From positions 83,514,001 to 83,578,000 of the forward strand of contig OX597824.1 of the NCBI GenBank assembly GCA_951406725.2: a stretch of 64,000 nucleotides of DNA. Direction: 5' to 3'. Positions 27,401-41,129 of the stretch are shown one piece after another; positions within the stretch are counted from its first letter, which is position 1; each line of letters begins with the position of its first letter. Made by a program: the position numbers and the translations under genes. The stretch is from Octopus vulgaris. Its lineage: Eukaryota. The notes beneath the pieces were generated by a model that was not told the DNA's origin, ran no database searches, and saw only the letters and a program-made list of their open reading frames with translations.

Positions 27401-30400
27401 ACTACTTCACTTGAGATCTATCTTTCATTTTTAAAATTGCCCCTCTCCACTTACATTTTATGTTGATCACTCTTTTCTGCCAGCAGTTATCTCTTCTGAA
27501 CCATCTCCTGTTCACTTGTCCATATAACCTCATGTCTCTCAATCTACACATCTGTCTTTCTCCATATATACTTTCAATCTCCCCACTCACATCTCCTTTC
27601 TCTTTCACTCATCTTCCCACTTTCTACTGTATTACTTTCATGCTGCTCTTAACTCTATCTGTACTGCCAGTCATCACCTATTCTCCCTTGCCTTCCCAGC
27701 AACTCATATGTGTCACTAACCATCCCTCACTCTCCCCATACTTTTTTGTAATCTCTTTACACCCATACTCCCTGCTCATCTATTTCCACTTCTCTTTGAT
27801 ATACTTTAAGGGCTCACCTTGCCACCACCATTTTTACCACTCCTTCATTATTTTGACCCACTGTTATGTAATGCAAAGTGATTAAGTATCTCTTTCTTTA
27901 TAGCAAGAAACCTGTTCTTGCCCCTTCTTTCATACTTTACCCTCACTACACTTAGTATAAAACCACCTTTCACTCTCTACTGTAGTCCCACTCAGCTGTG
28001 GTGGTGGTGGTGGTGGGGATTCTATTTGTGCAATCTATGTGACGATCTTGCTAGTATTGGTGCCATGAAAAATAGCATTTAGTACATTATGAAGTGGTTG
28101 ACATTAGGAAGGGCATTCAGCTTTGGAAATCATGCCAAAGCAGATATTGGAGCACAATGCAGTGTACTTCAATACCTGTTTTTGGTACAGTTTCTATAAT
28201 TGGATGTTAAGCAGTTCCTGTCAAAATGTCAAACTCATGTAGCATGGAAGACAGATGTTATGATGATGACAATGATAATTCTAAAAAACCAGGACAATAA
28301 TTAACGATATAAAACAATATGACTGAGAACATATCTTAGATGGAAACAAAAAGGTAACAGATAAACAACCACATAAAAATAACAATAATAAATTAATCCA
28401 AATGGACACAGACATCTCATCATCAGCTGCATTGTTGGAAATCATTACGGTTTTGACACCTACTCATACCCATTCTATCTAACAGTGTGCACAGTACCAA
28501 AAAATATTCAAGTGTTGCCCAGGAATTACAAAGAAAGAAAAACACATACATATATAATATGTGTGGTTAAGAGGCTTGCTTCCCAGCCACGTGGTCCTGG
28601 GCTTAGTCCCACTGTGTAACTCCTTGAGTAAGTGTTTTCACCTATAGTCCTGGTTAACCCATGCCACCTGTGTAAATTTGGTAGATGGAAATTGAAAGAA
28701 CTGTGTTTCTTTGTGTTTGTTCCCATCACAGCTTGACAAACAGTATTGGTTTATTCTTTGACTTGCTTCAGGCATTTCTCTGTGGCCATGCTGGAGCACT
28801 GCCTTGATGGGTTTTAGTCAAACAAATCGACCCCAGGACATTTTTTCAAAGCCTAGTACTCTCCCAAAATACAGTAGTGTGTGTGTGTATGTTTCAGCAT
28901 ACAATTTCGCATTGAGGATCTTGCAGACCAAATATATATATATATATAATAAATGCCAAAACAAATTTGTGTGTCAGTGTGTCACACTTTGACCCCACTC
29001 TCTCACTATCCAGTGACACTTCTACTATACCTCATGTTGGGACGAGAGTAATAGTGGACATAGAAACGGTGAGGACAGTAGTAGATCGATAGTTGTGATG
29101 GTAATGGGGTGATAGTAATAGTATGAGCTGTAGTTGTCATAGAGGCAGAGGCGACGGTGATGATGGTGGTAGTGGTAGCCGAGGGTAGTAAGTGATGTGA
29201 AAGACAGTCGTGATGGTGTTGGAGAGGAAGGCGGTGTGTGTATGGCAGTTGTGGTGACGGTGATGGAGATGGTTGAAAACAATCAAAAGAAAGAGAAAGA
29301 AAGAAGTGGATCTTTTCCTTTTGATGGACGGAATTTTCTAGTCAACTAAACAATTTGAAACTTCGTATACTGGTAGAATGTGTCAAAAGAAAACATTATT
29401 GTAAACAAAATTGTAATTTTATAAGTTTAACGTAGTTTAATTCTTCGAATTTTAACCAATGAAATGCATGGCCCCCGAATGGGCAGACAAAAAAAACGTT
29501 GGGCGTAACTTCGGTATAAGTATCGGCAGTAACCGATACATGTCAAGAAAGTGTTGTTTTTTTTTTATATATATGGGGGGGTTAGGGTTGGGGGGGGGGG
29601 AGAAAAGGGTTTCTGTTATCTTCAGAAATGTAAACAAAGCCACTTCTGGTACTTACGGTACTTATACCGAAGGGTCGCCGTCGAATGTACCAACCGTAGT
29701 ATTTATGATTTTTTGGCAATCTTGGGATCTTTGGAACCCCAAAGATCCCATTTCCCCCCAACCCCATATGTAAAAAAGTAAATGTAAAAAAATAAAAGTT
29801 TTTTATGGAAATCGACGATCATATATAAAGAAATACACGTGGTCAGTTGACGTAAAATATACTAGAACCGTAAGATTGCCCATTCGACTAAAAACCCTTG
29901 TAAGGCGGTGCCACAGCATGGCCGCAGTCCATGATAACAGAAAAAAAATCATGAACCATAATTACACTGATATCTTAACATATGTACTTAATCTATCTGA
30001 AAAAAAGATTACAAATAAAAAAATGATAAAAGTAAATAAAGGCGCAGGAGTGGCTGTGTGGTAAGTAGCTTGCTAACCAGCCGCATGGTTCCGGGTTCAG
30101 TCCCACTGCGTGGCATCTTGGGCAAGTGTCTTCTGCTATAGCCCAAGGCCGACCAAAACCTTGTGAGTGGATTTGGTAGACGGAAACTGAAAGAAGCCTG
30201 TCGTATATATGTATATATATATGGTATATATATATGTATGTGTGTGTGTGTTTGTGTGTCTGTGTTTGTCCCCCTAGCATTGCTTGACAACCGATGCTGG
30301 TGTGTTTACGTCCCCGTCACTTAGTGGTTCGGCAAAAAGTGACCGATAGAATAAGTACTGGGCTTACAAAAAGAATAAGTCCCGGGGTCGATTTGCTCGA

Positions 30401-30626
30401 CTAAAGGCGGTGCTCAAGCATGGCCGCTGTCAAATGACTGAAACAAGTAGAAGAGTAAAAGAGTATTAACCAACATCCAAATGCCTAACTATACGAGATT
30501 AGATAACAGGAATAAACACACATTAACTATTTGTATATTAAACTTACGCTTTAACAATTACTGTAATGGAATAAAATTAAACTATAAAGGCCTTACACTA
30601 GTGTTAATTAAATGATATAGAGCAAA

Positions 30627-31019
30627 TCTTTATATATAAAAGAAAGGTTGTGTGTCTGTCTCCTACGATTTAGATTCCTAACTACTCCCACATTTTGCGG
30701 TGCAGTGTAACCAAAAGCGGGTATCTTATAGTCGTGATTCATATCGAGCCCTTCTGGGTATTAGCGCGCATCTACGATGAGTCTACGATTAAAAAAAAAA
30801 TTTACCATAATTTTTTTCCATTTTAATGCAATTTTTTGCTATTATATAAGGGAAGTAACTCTCCAAAAATGTATTATTAAATCTCAGAACGTAAAAAGCT
30901 ACAGTAACACCCCCTTTGTGGTTAGCCATATTGTGATGGCTATTATACTTTACATCTCTAAAAATGCTTATATAGTTATTTCCCTTACAAACCCGAGCAA
31001 CGCCGGGCGATACTGCTAG
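30627..31019 (+). mobile_element. Non-autonomous Helitron, family 1
   Basis: A|TCTTTATATA ... CCCGAGCAACGCCGGG hairpin ... CTAG|T. Confidence 0.85.
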
Positions 31020-31302
31020 TAAAACTATAAAGGCCTTACACTAGTGTTAATTAAATGATATAGAGCAAATGTCATATAACAAGCAACGTGAAGAAAAGCC
31101 ACGAACCTTCGAAGAAATCAACCCGCCAAAAACACGTGTTGTTTACAATTGCCAAACCTTTTTAAAAAGTCGATCGTTTTTCTTAATACTTTCGTTGAAC
31201 AAGATCGACATCGGTTTTAGCGGGAGAAATGGATGCAACATATGTATGTGTGGATGTGTGCGCACGCGCGTGTATGCATGCATATATGCATGTATGTATG
31301 TA

Positions 31303-31333
<31 letters not shown>

Positions 31334-34210
31334 ATGTCTATAAATACATCAGAGACAGCAGATAGAATTCTCGAGATTCCTTATTCAAAACCATGTGTAT
31401 GTGTGTGTGAGAGAGAGAGAGAGACAGACATACAATGTAGATAGATAGATAGATAGAAAGGCAGATAGATAGATAGATAGATAGATAGACAGACAGATAG
31501 ATATAGTTGAAGGTATGTGGAGTGTGTGTGTGAGAGAGAGAGAGAGCACACAACAAGACAAAAAGAAAATGCCAAGGTTCACATTCAAAATATGAGAGGA
31601 AATCTGGAAGCTGCAGGAAAAGAATATTTACTGTGGGGAGGAATATTCTAGTCGTGGCAGCACGTTTCGTTGAGCTAGATAGATTACCAACTAATACTGT
31701 GAGACCCATCCAGCCTTTTGAAGTATGGAGGGAAACAAGCATAAAATGTTAACGATGGTGCTGGTTGTGTGTGAGTCTCTCATCTTTTTCTTGTTTTTGT
31801 CTCTGGGTTTAGTCGAACGAATCGACCCAGTGTTTATTATTAGTATTTTGTTTAAAGTCGCGTACTTATTCCGTCGTCTCGTTTGACGAATCGCTTGGTT
31901 AGTCAAGCGAATCGTTTGATAGTCAAGCGGTGACAGCGAGCAAACAAACACACACTCCATACATGCATACACACGTGCTCTCACACACATACACGAAGGG
32001 CTTTATAACAGTTTCCGTCGATCAAATTCATTTGCAAAGCATTGCTTGGCCCAGAGCTATTGTGTAAGGCACTTGTAACCATATAGTTGCAGAACTTAAC
32101 TCCTCAACCATAGTAGCCCTTGTGTACACAAGATCAATATTTAACATTACTTGTCCCTCATAAGATTCTAATAAGGTTTTTCATGATGCCTCAATGAGTG
32201 ATTAAAATGCAAAATTTTTACCTCCACCTTCGCTAAGGCGGAGGTATTGTTTTATCAACCCTGAAGGAATGAAAGGCCTCAGTAGCATTTAAACTCAGAA
32301 TGCAAAGATCCAGAAGAAATACCACCAAACATTTTGCCCAACACGTTAATGATTCTGTTAGCTTCATCATCATCATCGTTTAACGTCTGTTTTCTGTGCT
32401 AGCATGGGTTGGACGGTTCGACCAGGGTCTGGGAAGCCAGGAGGCTGCACCAGGCTCCACTCTGATCTGGCAGTGTTTCTACTGCTGGATGCCCTTCCTA
32501 ACGCCAACCACTCTGCGAGTGTAGTGGGTGCTTTTTACGTGCCACCAGCACAGGGGCCAGAGGTGGTTGGCAAACGGCCACAATCAGTTGGTGCTTTTTA
32601 TGTGTCACCGGCACGGACACCAGTCAAGGCAGCGCTGGTCATGTTTGGATGGTGCTTTTTATGTGCCACCTGCACGGGTATCACAACTACAATTTCCATT
32701 TGATTTTTGTTTTGATGTTGATGTACTTGACTCAATAGGTCTCCTCAAGCACAGCAGGTCACCCCATGATCCAAGGTTCGCAAATTAGGCCATCCTGCGA
32801 TCCATGAACTCACTTCATTTGTTGGGACTTCACAGCCACAGCATATCTCAGAGGTCTTGGTCTTTCGTCATAGCATCTTTGAGGCCCAACGTTCAAAGGT
32901 TATGTTTGACTGCTGGCTTAAATAGGAACATTAATCTCACTGGTTTAGTGGGGCCTGTGAAGGCCTTATACCCTGTGTCTCTCTCCAAACCTTGCAAATT
33001 AACTACAGTTAGAGCTGAGAGAGTTCAAAAATTTGAAAATGGAATAAATATAAATAGATGTTATCTCTCAAATGAAATTCAAAGATGATACCACAAATGA
33101 AGGTGTAACTTGTATTTGCGTGAAAAAAGTTTTTTGATAGGTCATAAGCTGAAAGATGAAAATCAATATATTTATCTCATAGTCTTTATTAATTGTGATA
33201 AGACCAAGTAATCAGTATTCCACCCCTATTAATACCCTGATCAATAAGGTTTAGTGAAGCTGTAACCACCACAGTAACCACCTACTATACTGTGTTTCAT
33301 TTGATCTGCTACTAATCTATTCAGGGTTTACTAGATAACAGGGCAGGATGTGTGCTGTAATATGTGTGTTGTGTGTACGAGTATATTTTCTGTTTATGTG
33401 TGTGTATGTATACATACATAATGTGAATACAGGATGGTCTTGTGGTTTAAGAAGTTTACTTCATAATCACAGGATCTCAGGTTCAATGCCAGTGCATGAC
33501 ATCCTGGGCAAATATTTTTTGCTTTTGTCTTGGTTTAACCTTACCTTTGTGAGTGAAAATGAGTAGATGAAAACTGGGAAGAAGCCCTTGGGATGGATTC
33601 TACCCCTAATTCAAAGGTACAACCATGTCACATACCATGTCATGATGTGGGTTCTGCCTAAGAGCTACAATAAGGGTACATGTGTCTGTTGTTGTTGTTA
33701 AGCAACAAGACGAGTAAGGGTGATTAGGTGAGGGTCTAGGGCTTAGGGGCAGGAGACCCCAGACCTTGGAAAAAAAACAACTTTGGTCATCTTGTTGTAG
33801 TCGAGGGCTCTTCGTTGATATCCGACACCACTGGGAGATGACCCTCGAAGTTGCTAGAAATGGAGATCTCCATGTCCAAATTCTTGAACAGCTACATGTG
33901 TCTGTGCAATATTCAGCCACTTACATGCTAATTTAGGGGCTGATAATTCAGTTTAAGATCAAACAACTGAATACTTATCATTGAACCTTGCTTCTGATAT
34001 TTGACTGTGGCCATACTGGAGTGCTACCATGAAAGGTTTTAATCAAACTGATCTTAGTACTTGTGGGGTTTTTTGAATTTTTGGTACTTATTCTATCAGT
34101 CACTTTTGCTGAACCACTAAGTTATGGAGATGTAAATAAACCAATGGTAGCTGTCAAGTGATGGGAAGGAGTGACAAAAACAGATGTAAGGACACATACA
34201 CATAGACATA

Positions 34211-34257
<47 letters not shown>

Positions 34258-34797
34258 GGCTCCTACACAGTTTCCATCAACCAAATCCACTCACAAGGCT
34301 TTGGTTGGCCCAGGTGCCATGCAGAGAGACTGAACCTGAAACCATATGGTTGGAAAGTGAGCTTCTTAATCACACAGCTATGCATATATAAGTTATAATT
34401 TTGCATTTACATTTTACAATTTTAACCCTTTAGTATTCATATTACACCATCAAATGTAATGTTTATTTACTCACATCATTTTGAATTAACCATGCATTGT
34501 CTCATAGCTTCAGGATTTCAACGATGTGATTGCTTATTTTTAGAATGACATTACAGGGTAGGTGTGAGAGGTCGGATATGGCTCATTTGAACATGAAACT
34601 AGTGGAATATTTGGGTAGGATATGGCCAGCTTAAATGCAAAAGGATTAAGCTTCTTTAACCCATTAGTGCCCAAATTATTTAAATTTAAATATAAACAAT
34701 ATGAGGGACCACTATGTGGATCCCTTATCTACTCTTACTCTTTTACTTGTTTCAGTCATTTGACTGTGGCCATGCTGGAGCACCGCCTTTAGTTTAT

Positions 34798-35024
34798 TTA
34801 ACCCTTTAGTATTCAAACCGGCCATATCCGGCCAAAATATTTAATCTGTTTTATGTTCAAACTGACCAGATCCAGGCTCTCACACCTACCCTACAATGTT
34901 ATTCTACATTAAGTAATTACACTATCAAGATCTTGAAGATATGAGATAATGCATGATTAATTCAAATCAATGTGAATCAATTAGCAATATGTTTGATAGA
35001 ATAATCCGAACACTAAAGGGTTAA
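34798..35024. mobile_element. piggyBac-type MITE (TTAA|CCCTTTAG...CTAAAGGG|TTAA)
   Basis: TTAA flanks and CCC/GGG ends; copies at 9097-9325, 21269-21496, 34422-34649, 47850-48062, ~58640-59310 (interrupted); related nested element at 16008-16446. Confidence 0.8.
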
Positions 35025-35785
35025 ACAAACATTTAAAAAATTTTATCAAAAATTAAAGATTGTAATGAAAAGTAAAAAAACAAAGATACGACTGTCTTTG
35101 CAACGATAATATTTCATGTTGAATCAATGATCATCCATTCATTATTGTAATAATAGCATGAGAAAAGAAAATGCTTCCAATTCTGTCAGTATACAAGTGG
35201 CCTTCGAAGCAACTTTTTGTGATTAAAGTGGCCCACAATGTAATTTGAGTTGGCCAGGCCTGATCTAAATCATGCCAACATGGAAAACGGGTATAAAAAT
35301 CATCACGATGAGGAGGAGGATAATGATGGTGATAGCAATGATGAGAATGATAATGCTGATGATGATGATGATGATGAGGGTTAGAATGGTGAGAATGGTG
35401 ACAATAATGGTGATGGTGATGGTGATGATGATGACGCATTCAAAATTAATATTCACAAACTAAACTTAGTACTGGTTTCAAATTTTAACACAAGGCCAGC
35501 AAATTCAGAGGAGGCGGTAAGTCAGATACAGCGACCCCACCCCCAGTGCTCAATTGGTACTTATTTTATCAACCCTAAAAGAAATACCACTAACCATTTT
35601 GCTCAGCATGGTAACAATTTTGGCAACTCGCTGCTACATTAACTAATCATATTATCATACATAGATATGTATTCATGATTCTCGTAATCTGATAATTAAA
35701 TAATTAATTCTTGATAAGTATTTCACCAATATTAATATATATTTTAATATTTATTTATTTATCTACTTTACACTTTCTTTGACAG

Positions 35786-35863
35786 GGTTCTTCAAGTACA
35801 ACTGAAATTTTGCTCAGAGTTGACCCCAAGGGATATTTCTTGTACTGGAAAATTGAAGGAAAG
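35786..35863 (+). CDS. PLCB: PLC-beta exon 2 (GSSSTTEILLRVDPKGYFLYWKIEGK), PH domain
   Basis: Acceptor ttctttgacag, donor AAG|GTTTGT; 78 nt, phase 0/0; LRVDPKGYFLYW motif; follows a ~30.7 kb intron 1. Confidence 0.95.
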
Positions 35864-36051
35864 GTTTGTATGAATCTGAATACCATAGACCCCTAATTTA
35901 TAGTATTATAACTCAAATCAGCCTAATGAAGTTTTCTAATTACTAAATTGTTCTGCTTGTAGAAGTAGTTGTTGTTGTTTCTTAAATTAACCAATCTTAT
36001 GGTCAAAGATGTTCCAGTTATGGCCATTCTATATGTTCTTTTTAAAGATTT

Positions 36052-36119
<68 letters not shown>

Positions 36120-38401
36120 ATGCAAGTGTGTGTATGTATATATGAAAAAAGCACCCATGCTAGCATCACATAAAAGTAGCCAGTACTCTCTGTAAAGTGG
36201 TTGGCATTAGGAAGGGCATCAAGCTGTAGAAAAATTGCGGAAACAGATGGTCGGGCCTGTTGCAGCCCTCCGCATTGCCAGCTCTTGTCAAACCATCCAA
36301 ACACGTGTACCAAACACATGTACCCTTAATATATAGTTCTCGGGGAGATTCAGCATGACACAGAGTGTGACAAAGCTGGTCCTTCTTGAAATACAGGTAC
36401 TACTCATTTTTGCCAGCTGAGTGGACTGGAACAACGTGAAATAAAGTGTCTTGCTCCAGGACACAATGCGCTGCTGGGAATTGAACTCACGATCTTATAA
36501 TCATGAGCTGAATGCTCCTAACCACTAAGCCATGCGCCTTCACGATTGAAGTAGAATACATGGGAAACATAGAGTAGAGGGCACAGCTCAAGATGTAAGA
36601 ACTTTGATTTTTAACTCACTACATCTGGAGAAAGAGGTGGTGCCAATGGCCTTCACAGATCCTCTAAGAACAGTGACTCTGATATTGTTAATGCTTCACT
36701 TAAGCTGTTACAAGTTGGCACTTGCAGGAAAATCATGAGCAAAAAGGGAATCTCAGAGGGGTGACATTTTTGGGAGCGAGGATAGAACTGAGACAAAATT
36801 GGAGCAAAACATGGTTCTCAGACTCATCTCATTCTGTTAAACTGTCCAACCCATGCCAGCATTGAAAGCAGACATAAAATAATGACAACATCAAGACGAC
36901 AATGATAATGTTATAGTCAATATTAATATCCTTATGTTAACTAATATTTCATACAGATGTCTATTCATGATTCCAATATCGTAATTAAATTAATTCTTAA
37001 TTTACTTAATAATTGTCTGTGTAGGGCCTGGGGGATGAACAGAACACGGGTGATGAGAGGACAGATACTAATCATTACTGAATGTAGACTGCTTTCATTA
37101 AGAGTTATTGGGCTGTTACAAACATTAATTAATACAAATTATAAATTAAATCAGTACAAACCATGGCTTGATATTAATCTTAATAGATATTAATTGTGTA
37201 TTACTACTTACTTTGATTAGTGGTAAATATGAATTATTATTCATTCTAATAGGTACTTAATATATAAGGGCATCCAGCTGTGGAAACAATGCCAAACCAG
37301 ACATGGGGCCTGGGCAGCTCTTCAGCTGACCTGCTCCTGTCCAACTGTCCAACCCATGCCAGCATGGAAAGCAGACATTAAATGATGATGATATATATTT
37401 TGACACAAATTAAATGAAGTGAACCTAATGGTTTTTGTGTGTTCTTAAATGGCTTACAAACATCTTCCATGCTACAATTGTATATATATATATATATGTA
37501 TAGAAGCAAAACGCCCCCCTCCCTCCGTCCATGGACGGTGCTGAGTTGTCAAACATTTAAACCAAATTTTCTCAAAACAACTTGTCCAACTGTCCCATAG
37601 GCCTCCCCTTTGAGAAACTCTGATTTAACCTAAATTTGAGACACCAGCAAAAGAAGAAATGAAGATAGACTTTTTTTTCTATTCCCCACCAAAAACGATT
37701 TTATTCACACAAATATACAACCGAAGAGTTTAAAGTACCAGTAAGTACATTGCAACAGCTGATGTACTCGCATGTACAAATGCACGTTCCCACGGCTTTA
37801 TCAAATCTATTGTGATATTCATTCTGAGATAACATCTCTTATGGACAACATGTATTGGAGGTAGACTAAAAATTTCTTTCAGTGGTGGCTAGCAAGAATG
37901 ATAAATCCATTCCTCCTTATTAAGGACATGTACTCACAGCCTCATTCTTAGACAAGCTTTATCACCTTCAAAATATAGGAAACTGAATAAAGTATTCACT
38001 AGTATTTGGAATTGCTGTCCAGCTCAATAATAATCTGGTATATGCAATTGAAGCAGTTTAAATTAAAACAACCATCTATGCATCATACTCAATGTATGTA
38101 CATCATCGACAGGAAATCTACTGCAATATTTGTCTCAAGAAAATATCTCTTATAGATGTACGGTATTACATATATATATATATATATGTATGTATCATGT
38201 TGAGCCATTAATCCCTACACATCTTTTTCTTTCTTTGATGTTTCAAGCTAAGCCTATGCACTTCAGCAGAAAGGATTCAGAATCCTTTCTGCTGAAGAGC
38301 ATAGGCTCAGCTCAAAATGTCAAAGACTTTCCCATTCTTCCTAAGTGTCAAACTAATACAATTGCTATATATATATATATATATACATACATACAACATA
38401 T

Positions 38402-38456
<55 letters not shown>

Positions 38457-38545
38457 TATACATACATATATATATATAAATATATATATATACATATATA
38501 TACATCATATATATATATATATATATATATGATGTATGTACATAT

Positions 38546-38584
<39 letters not shown>

Positions 38585-38778
38585 ACCTCGTGTGTACCGA
38601 TGGCTTTTTTTTCCCTCTGTCTTCCCTTCTCTGGATCTTTCCTTCTCCTATGTTTCCGACGAAGAGCTCCGCTCGAAACGTTAAACCCTCCTTCTTTCCT
38701 TCTTTCCTGAGCGTCCAATAATACTGTGTTTGTTCCACGTCCTCGCGTTGTTGTTTTTTTGTGCTTTCTTGTTTGGAT

Positions 38779-38821
<43 letters not shown>

Positions 38822-38828
38822 ATGTATA

Positions 38829-38903
<75 letters not shown>

Positions 38904-38916
38904 ATATGTATGTATA

Positions 38917-38967
<51 letters not shown>

Positions 38968-39160
38968 AAAGTTAATCCAAACATGAAAACACAACAACAG
39001 GAGGACGTGGAACAAATATAGTATTATTGGACGTTCAGGAAGGAAGGAAGAAGGAGGGTTTAACGTTTGAGCGCAGCTCCTCGTCAGAAACATAGGAAAA
39101 GGAAAGATCCAGAGAGGGAAGACGGAGGTAAAAAAAATTGCCAAGCAGTACACAAGCGGT
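38585..39160. mobile_element. Two tail-to-tail Penelope-like terminal repeats embedded in (TA)n
   Basis: 38585-38782(+) and ~38970-39160(-) are homologous; hammerhead-like cores at 38652-38686 and 39058-39091. Confidence 0.65.
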
Positions 39161-39182
39161 CACATTTTGAATGACCGGAAGG

Positions 39183-39215
<33 letters not shown>

Positions 39216-39405
39216 GTGTGTGTATGTATGTATATATATATACACTATGAACTGGTACTAATTTTAATTAAAAGTAATTATTTAACTTTAATTATAGATT
39301 ACTTCTTGCACTTTTGATTACTTACAATTTTGGATTTAACAAAATAGTGTAGAACTTATATGAGTGGATATATAATTTGATGTTTGAGTCTTTTGTTCAT
39401 TATAG

Positions 39406-39477
39406 GAAGATGTCGAAATCTTGGATTTAGCTTACCTCAGAGATACAAGAACAGGAAAATATGCAAAAATTTCAAAG
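39406..39477 (+). CDS. PLCB: PLC-beta exon 3 (EDVEILDLAYLRDTRTGKYAKISK)
   Basis: Acceptor ttcattatag, donor AAG|GTAAAT; 72 nt; RDTRTGKYAK motif. Confidence 0.95.
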
Positions 39478-40455
39478 GTAAATTTTAATTGCTTTATTAT
39501 ATTACATAATAACTATTGAATTAGTATCTGACTTCTGTTTTACCAATTTTCCAGTATTATTATCATCATTATTTTGCATTAATCTTTTATCAGTCTGTTC
39601 TTATTTTTATCAATCTTCCTTCATTTTCATCTATCTGCTTCCCTTTTCATAATTTACTTCATGTTTTTAAAATTAATTTTCATCTCTTTTCATCAGTTTG
39701 CTTTTCTTTTTATCATCAATCCTTTATTTCATCAACCTAACCCTTTTTTCAGAAATTTGTTTCTCTTTTTATGAATCTACCTCCCAATTCTTCAATTTAA
39801 TTTCTCTCTACCAAACTGTCCCAACTTTTTTCTTTTCGTTAATCTACCTCTTTTCATCAACCTGCCCCTTATTTTCATAAGTTTGCCTCTCTTTATTTTC
39901 ATAAGTTTGCCTCTCTTTTTGTGAATCTGTCTCCCTGTTTAACAATCTCGTCTTTTTCCATAAATCTTTCTCCTTTTACATCAACCTTCTGCTCTTTTCA
40001 TCAATTTTTCTCTGTACATTACGTTACTTTACTTCTCTTTTAATCCCTTAACCCTTTCATTACCTACCTGGCTGAAACCAGCTCTGGTTCTGAGCACAAA
40101 TGTCTTGATTTCATAAGTTTTGAAGAACAAAAGTTACAGTCATGTGCATTAAAATGGCATTCTCATGTAGAAGCTTTCTGAACTTTGCCCAGGCTAAGCT
40201 TCCGCTACCTAGGTGACCAAGTGGATGCTCAGAGAGTGTTACCACTAGAATAAGAATAGCCTGGGCAAAGTTCAGAAAGCTCCTACATGTGAATGCCATT
40301 TTAATGTACTTGATTGTACTTTTGTTCTTCTACATGTGTCTGTTCCTTCTGATTCACGTACATCTGGTTGTAATCATTCATGTATACATAGCTGTGATCT
40401 ATCGGCTCAGTATTTGTGAATGTAATTTTCTACCCCTCAATTTATGTCTGTAACT

Positions 40456-40973
40456 TTCTATAAATCCTCGAGTATAATCCGCTTTTTTCCCCAAAAAATT
40501 TAAAGGTTCAAATCCCTTGTGCGTACTATATAGAAGGTTAAAAATGAAAAATATTTTCTAAGCAATGTCTGAGTCTCTATTTGTTGTCCGGCAATGTTTA
40601 TTCAGATACATTTTGTGATGTCAGGCGCGAAAATACCTTAAGCTAAGCCTGAAAGCAATGAAGTCATAAAAGAATCATCCATAACTTGCAGTAAGCAACA
40701 TTTATTAAATGTTATTACTGTTATTTCTTTATTTTCTGCCAATAAAATGCACAAAAAAGCTACACATTTGCATTATATTATATATACAATAATAATAAAG
40801 GACGTTACTGTATACAGTTTTACAAACCAAGGATGTTATATAGACATCCTTGACTCAAAGTTAGAGAAGGGGTGCATATTATACACAAGGTTTAGGTTTT
40901 TCAGAGGTACAGCCCCCTAAAAATCCCCTGCGTATTATACTCAAGGGTGGACTATACTCAAGGATTTATGGTA
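40456..40973. mobile_element. Pogo/Tigger-type MITE
   Basis: TIRs ataaatcctcgagtataatcc / ggactatactcaaggatttat. Confidence 0.7.
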
Positions 40974-41088
40974 ACTAAAATTTTGGACTCTTCTACATGT
41001 CATAACACCTTTGTTTCTCTGCAACTCACTGTGATATATATGTATATATATATGTATACATATATATACATATATATATATATATACA

Positions 41089-41120
<32 letters not shown>

Positions 41121-41129
<9 letters not shown>

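Noticed and set aside
28940-29865. Possible additional Helitron or DNA element ending in CTAG
   Set aside because: Single copy in the window with no clear hairpin or TIR, so it cannot be classified
35131-35463. His-rich and Met-rich ORFs suggesting a metal-binding peptide (also 63344-63759)
   Set aside because: Degenerate (GAT/ATC)n trinucleotide repeats
36982-36992. TAATTAAATTA, matching the P3/RCSI photoreceptor element
   Set aside because: All-AT 11-mer in AT-rich intron 2, far from the start; expected by chance
38130-39153. Many overlapping ORFs ([20 protein letters not shown]), here and across the window
   Set aside because: Translations of stop-free microsatellites; no splice or domain support
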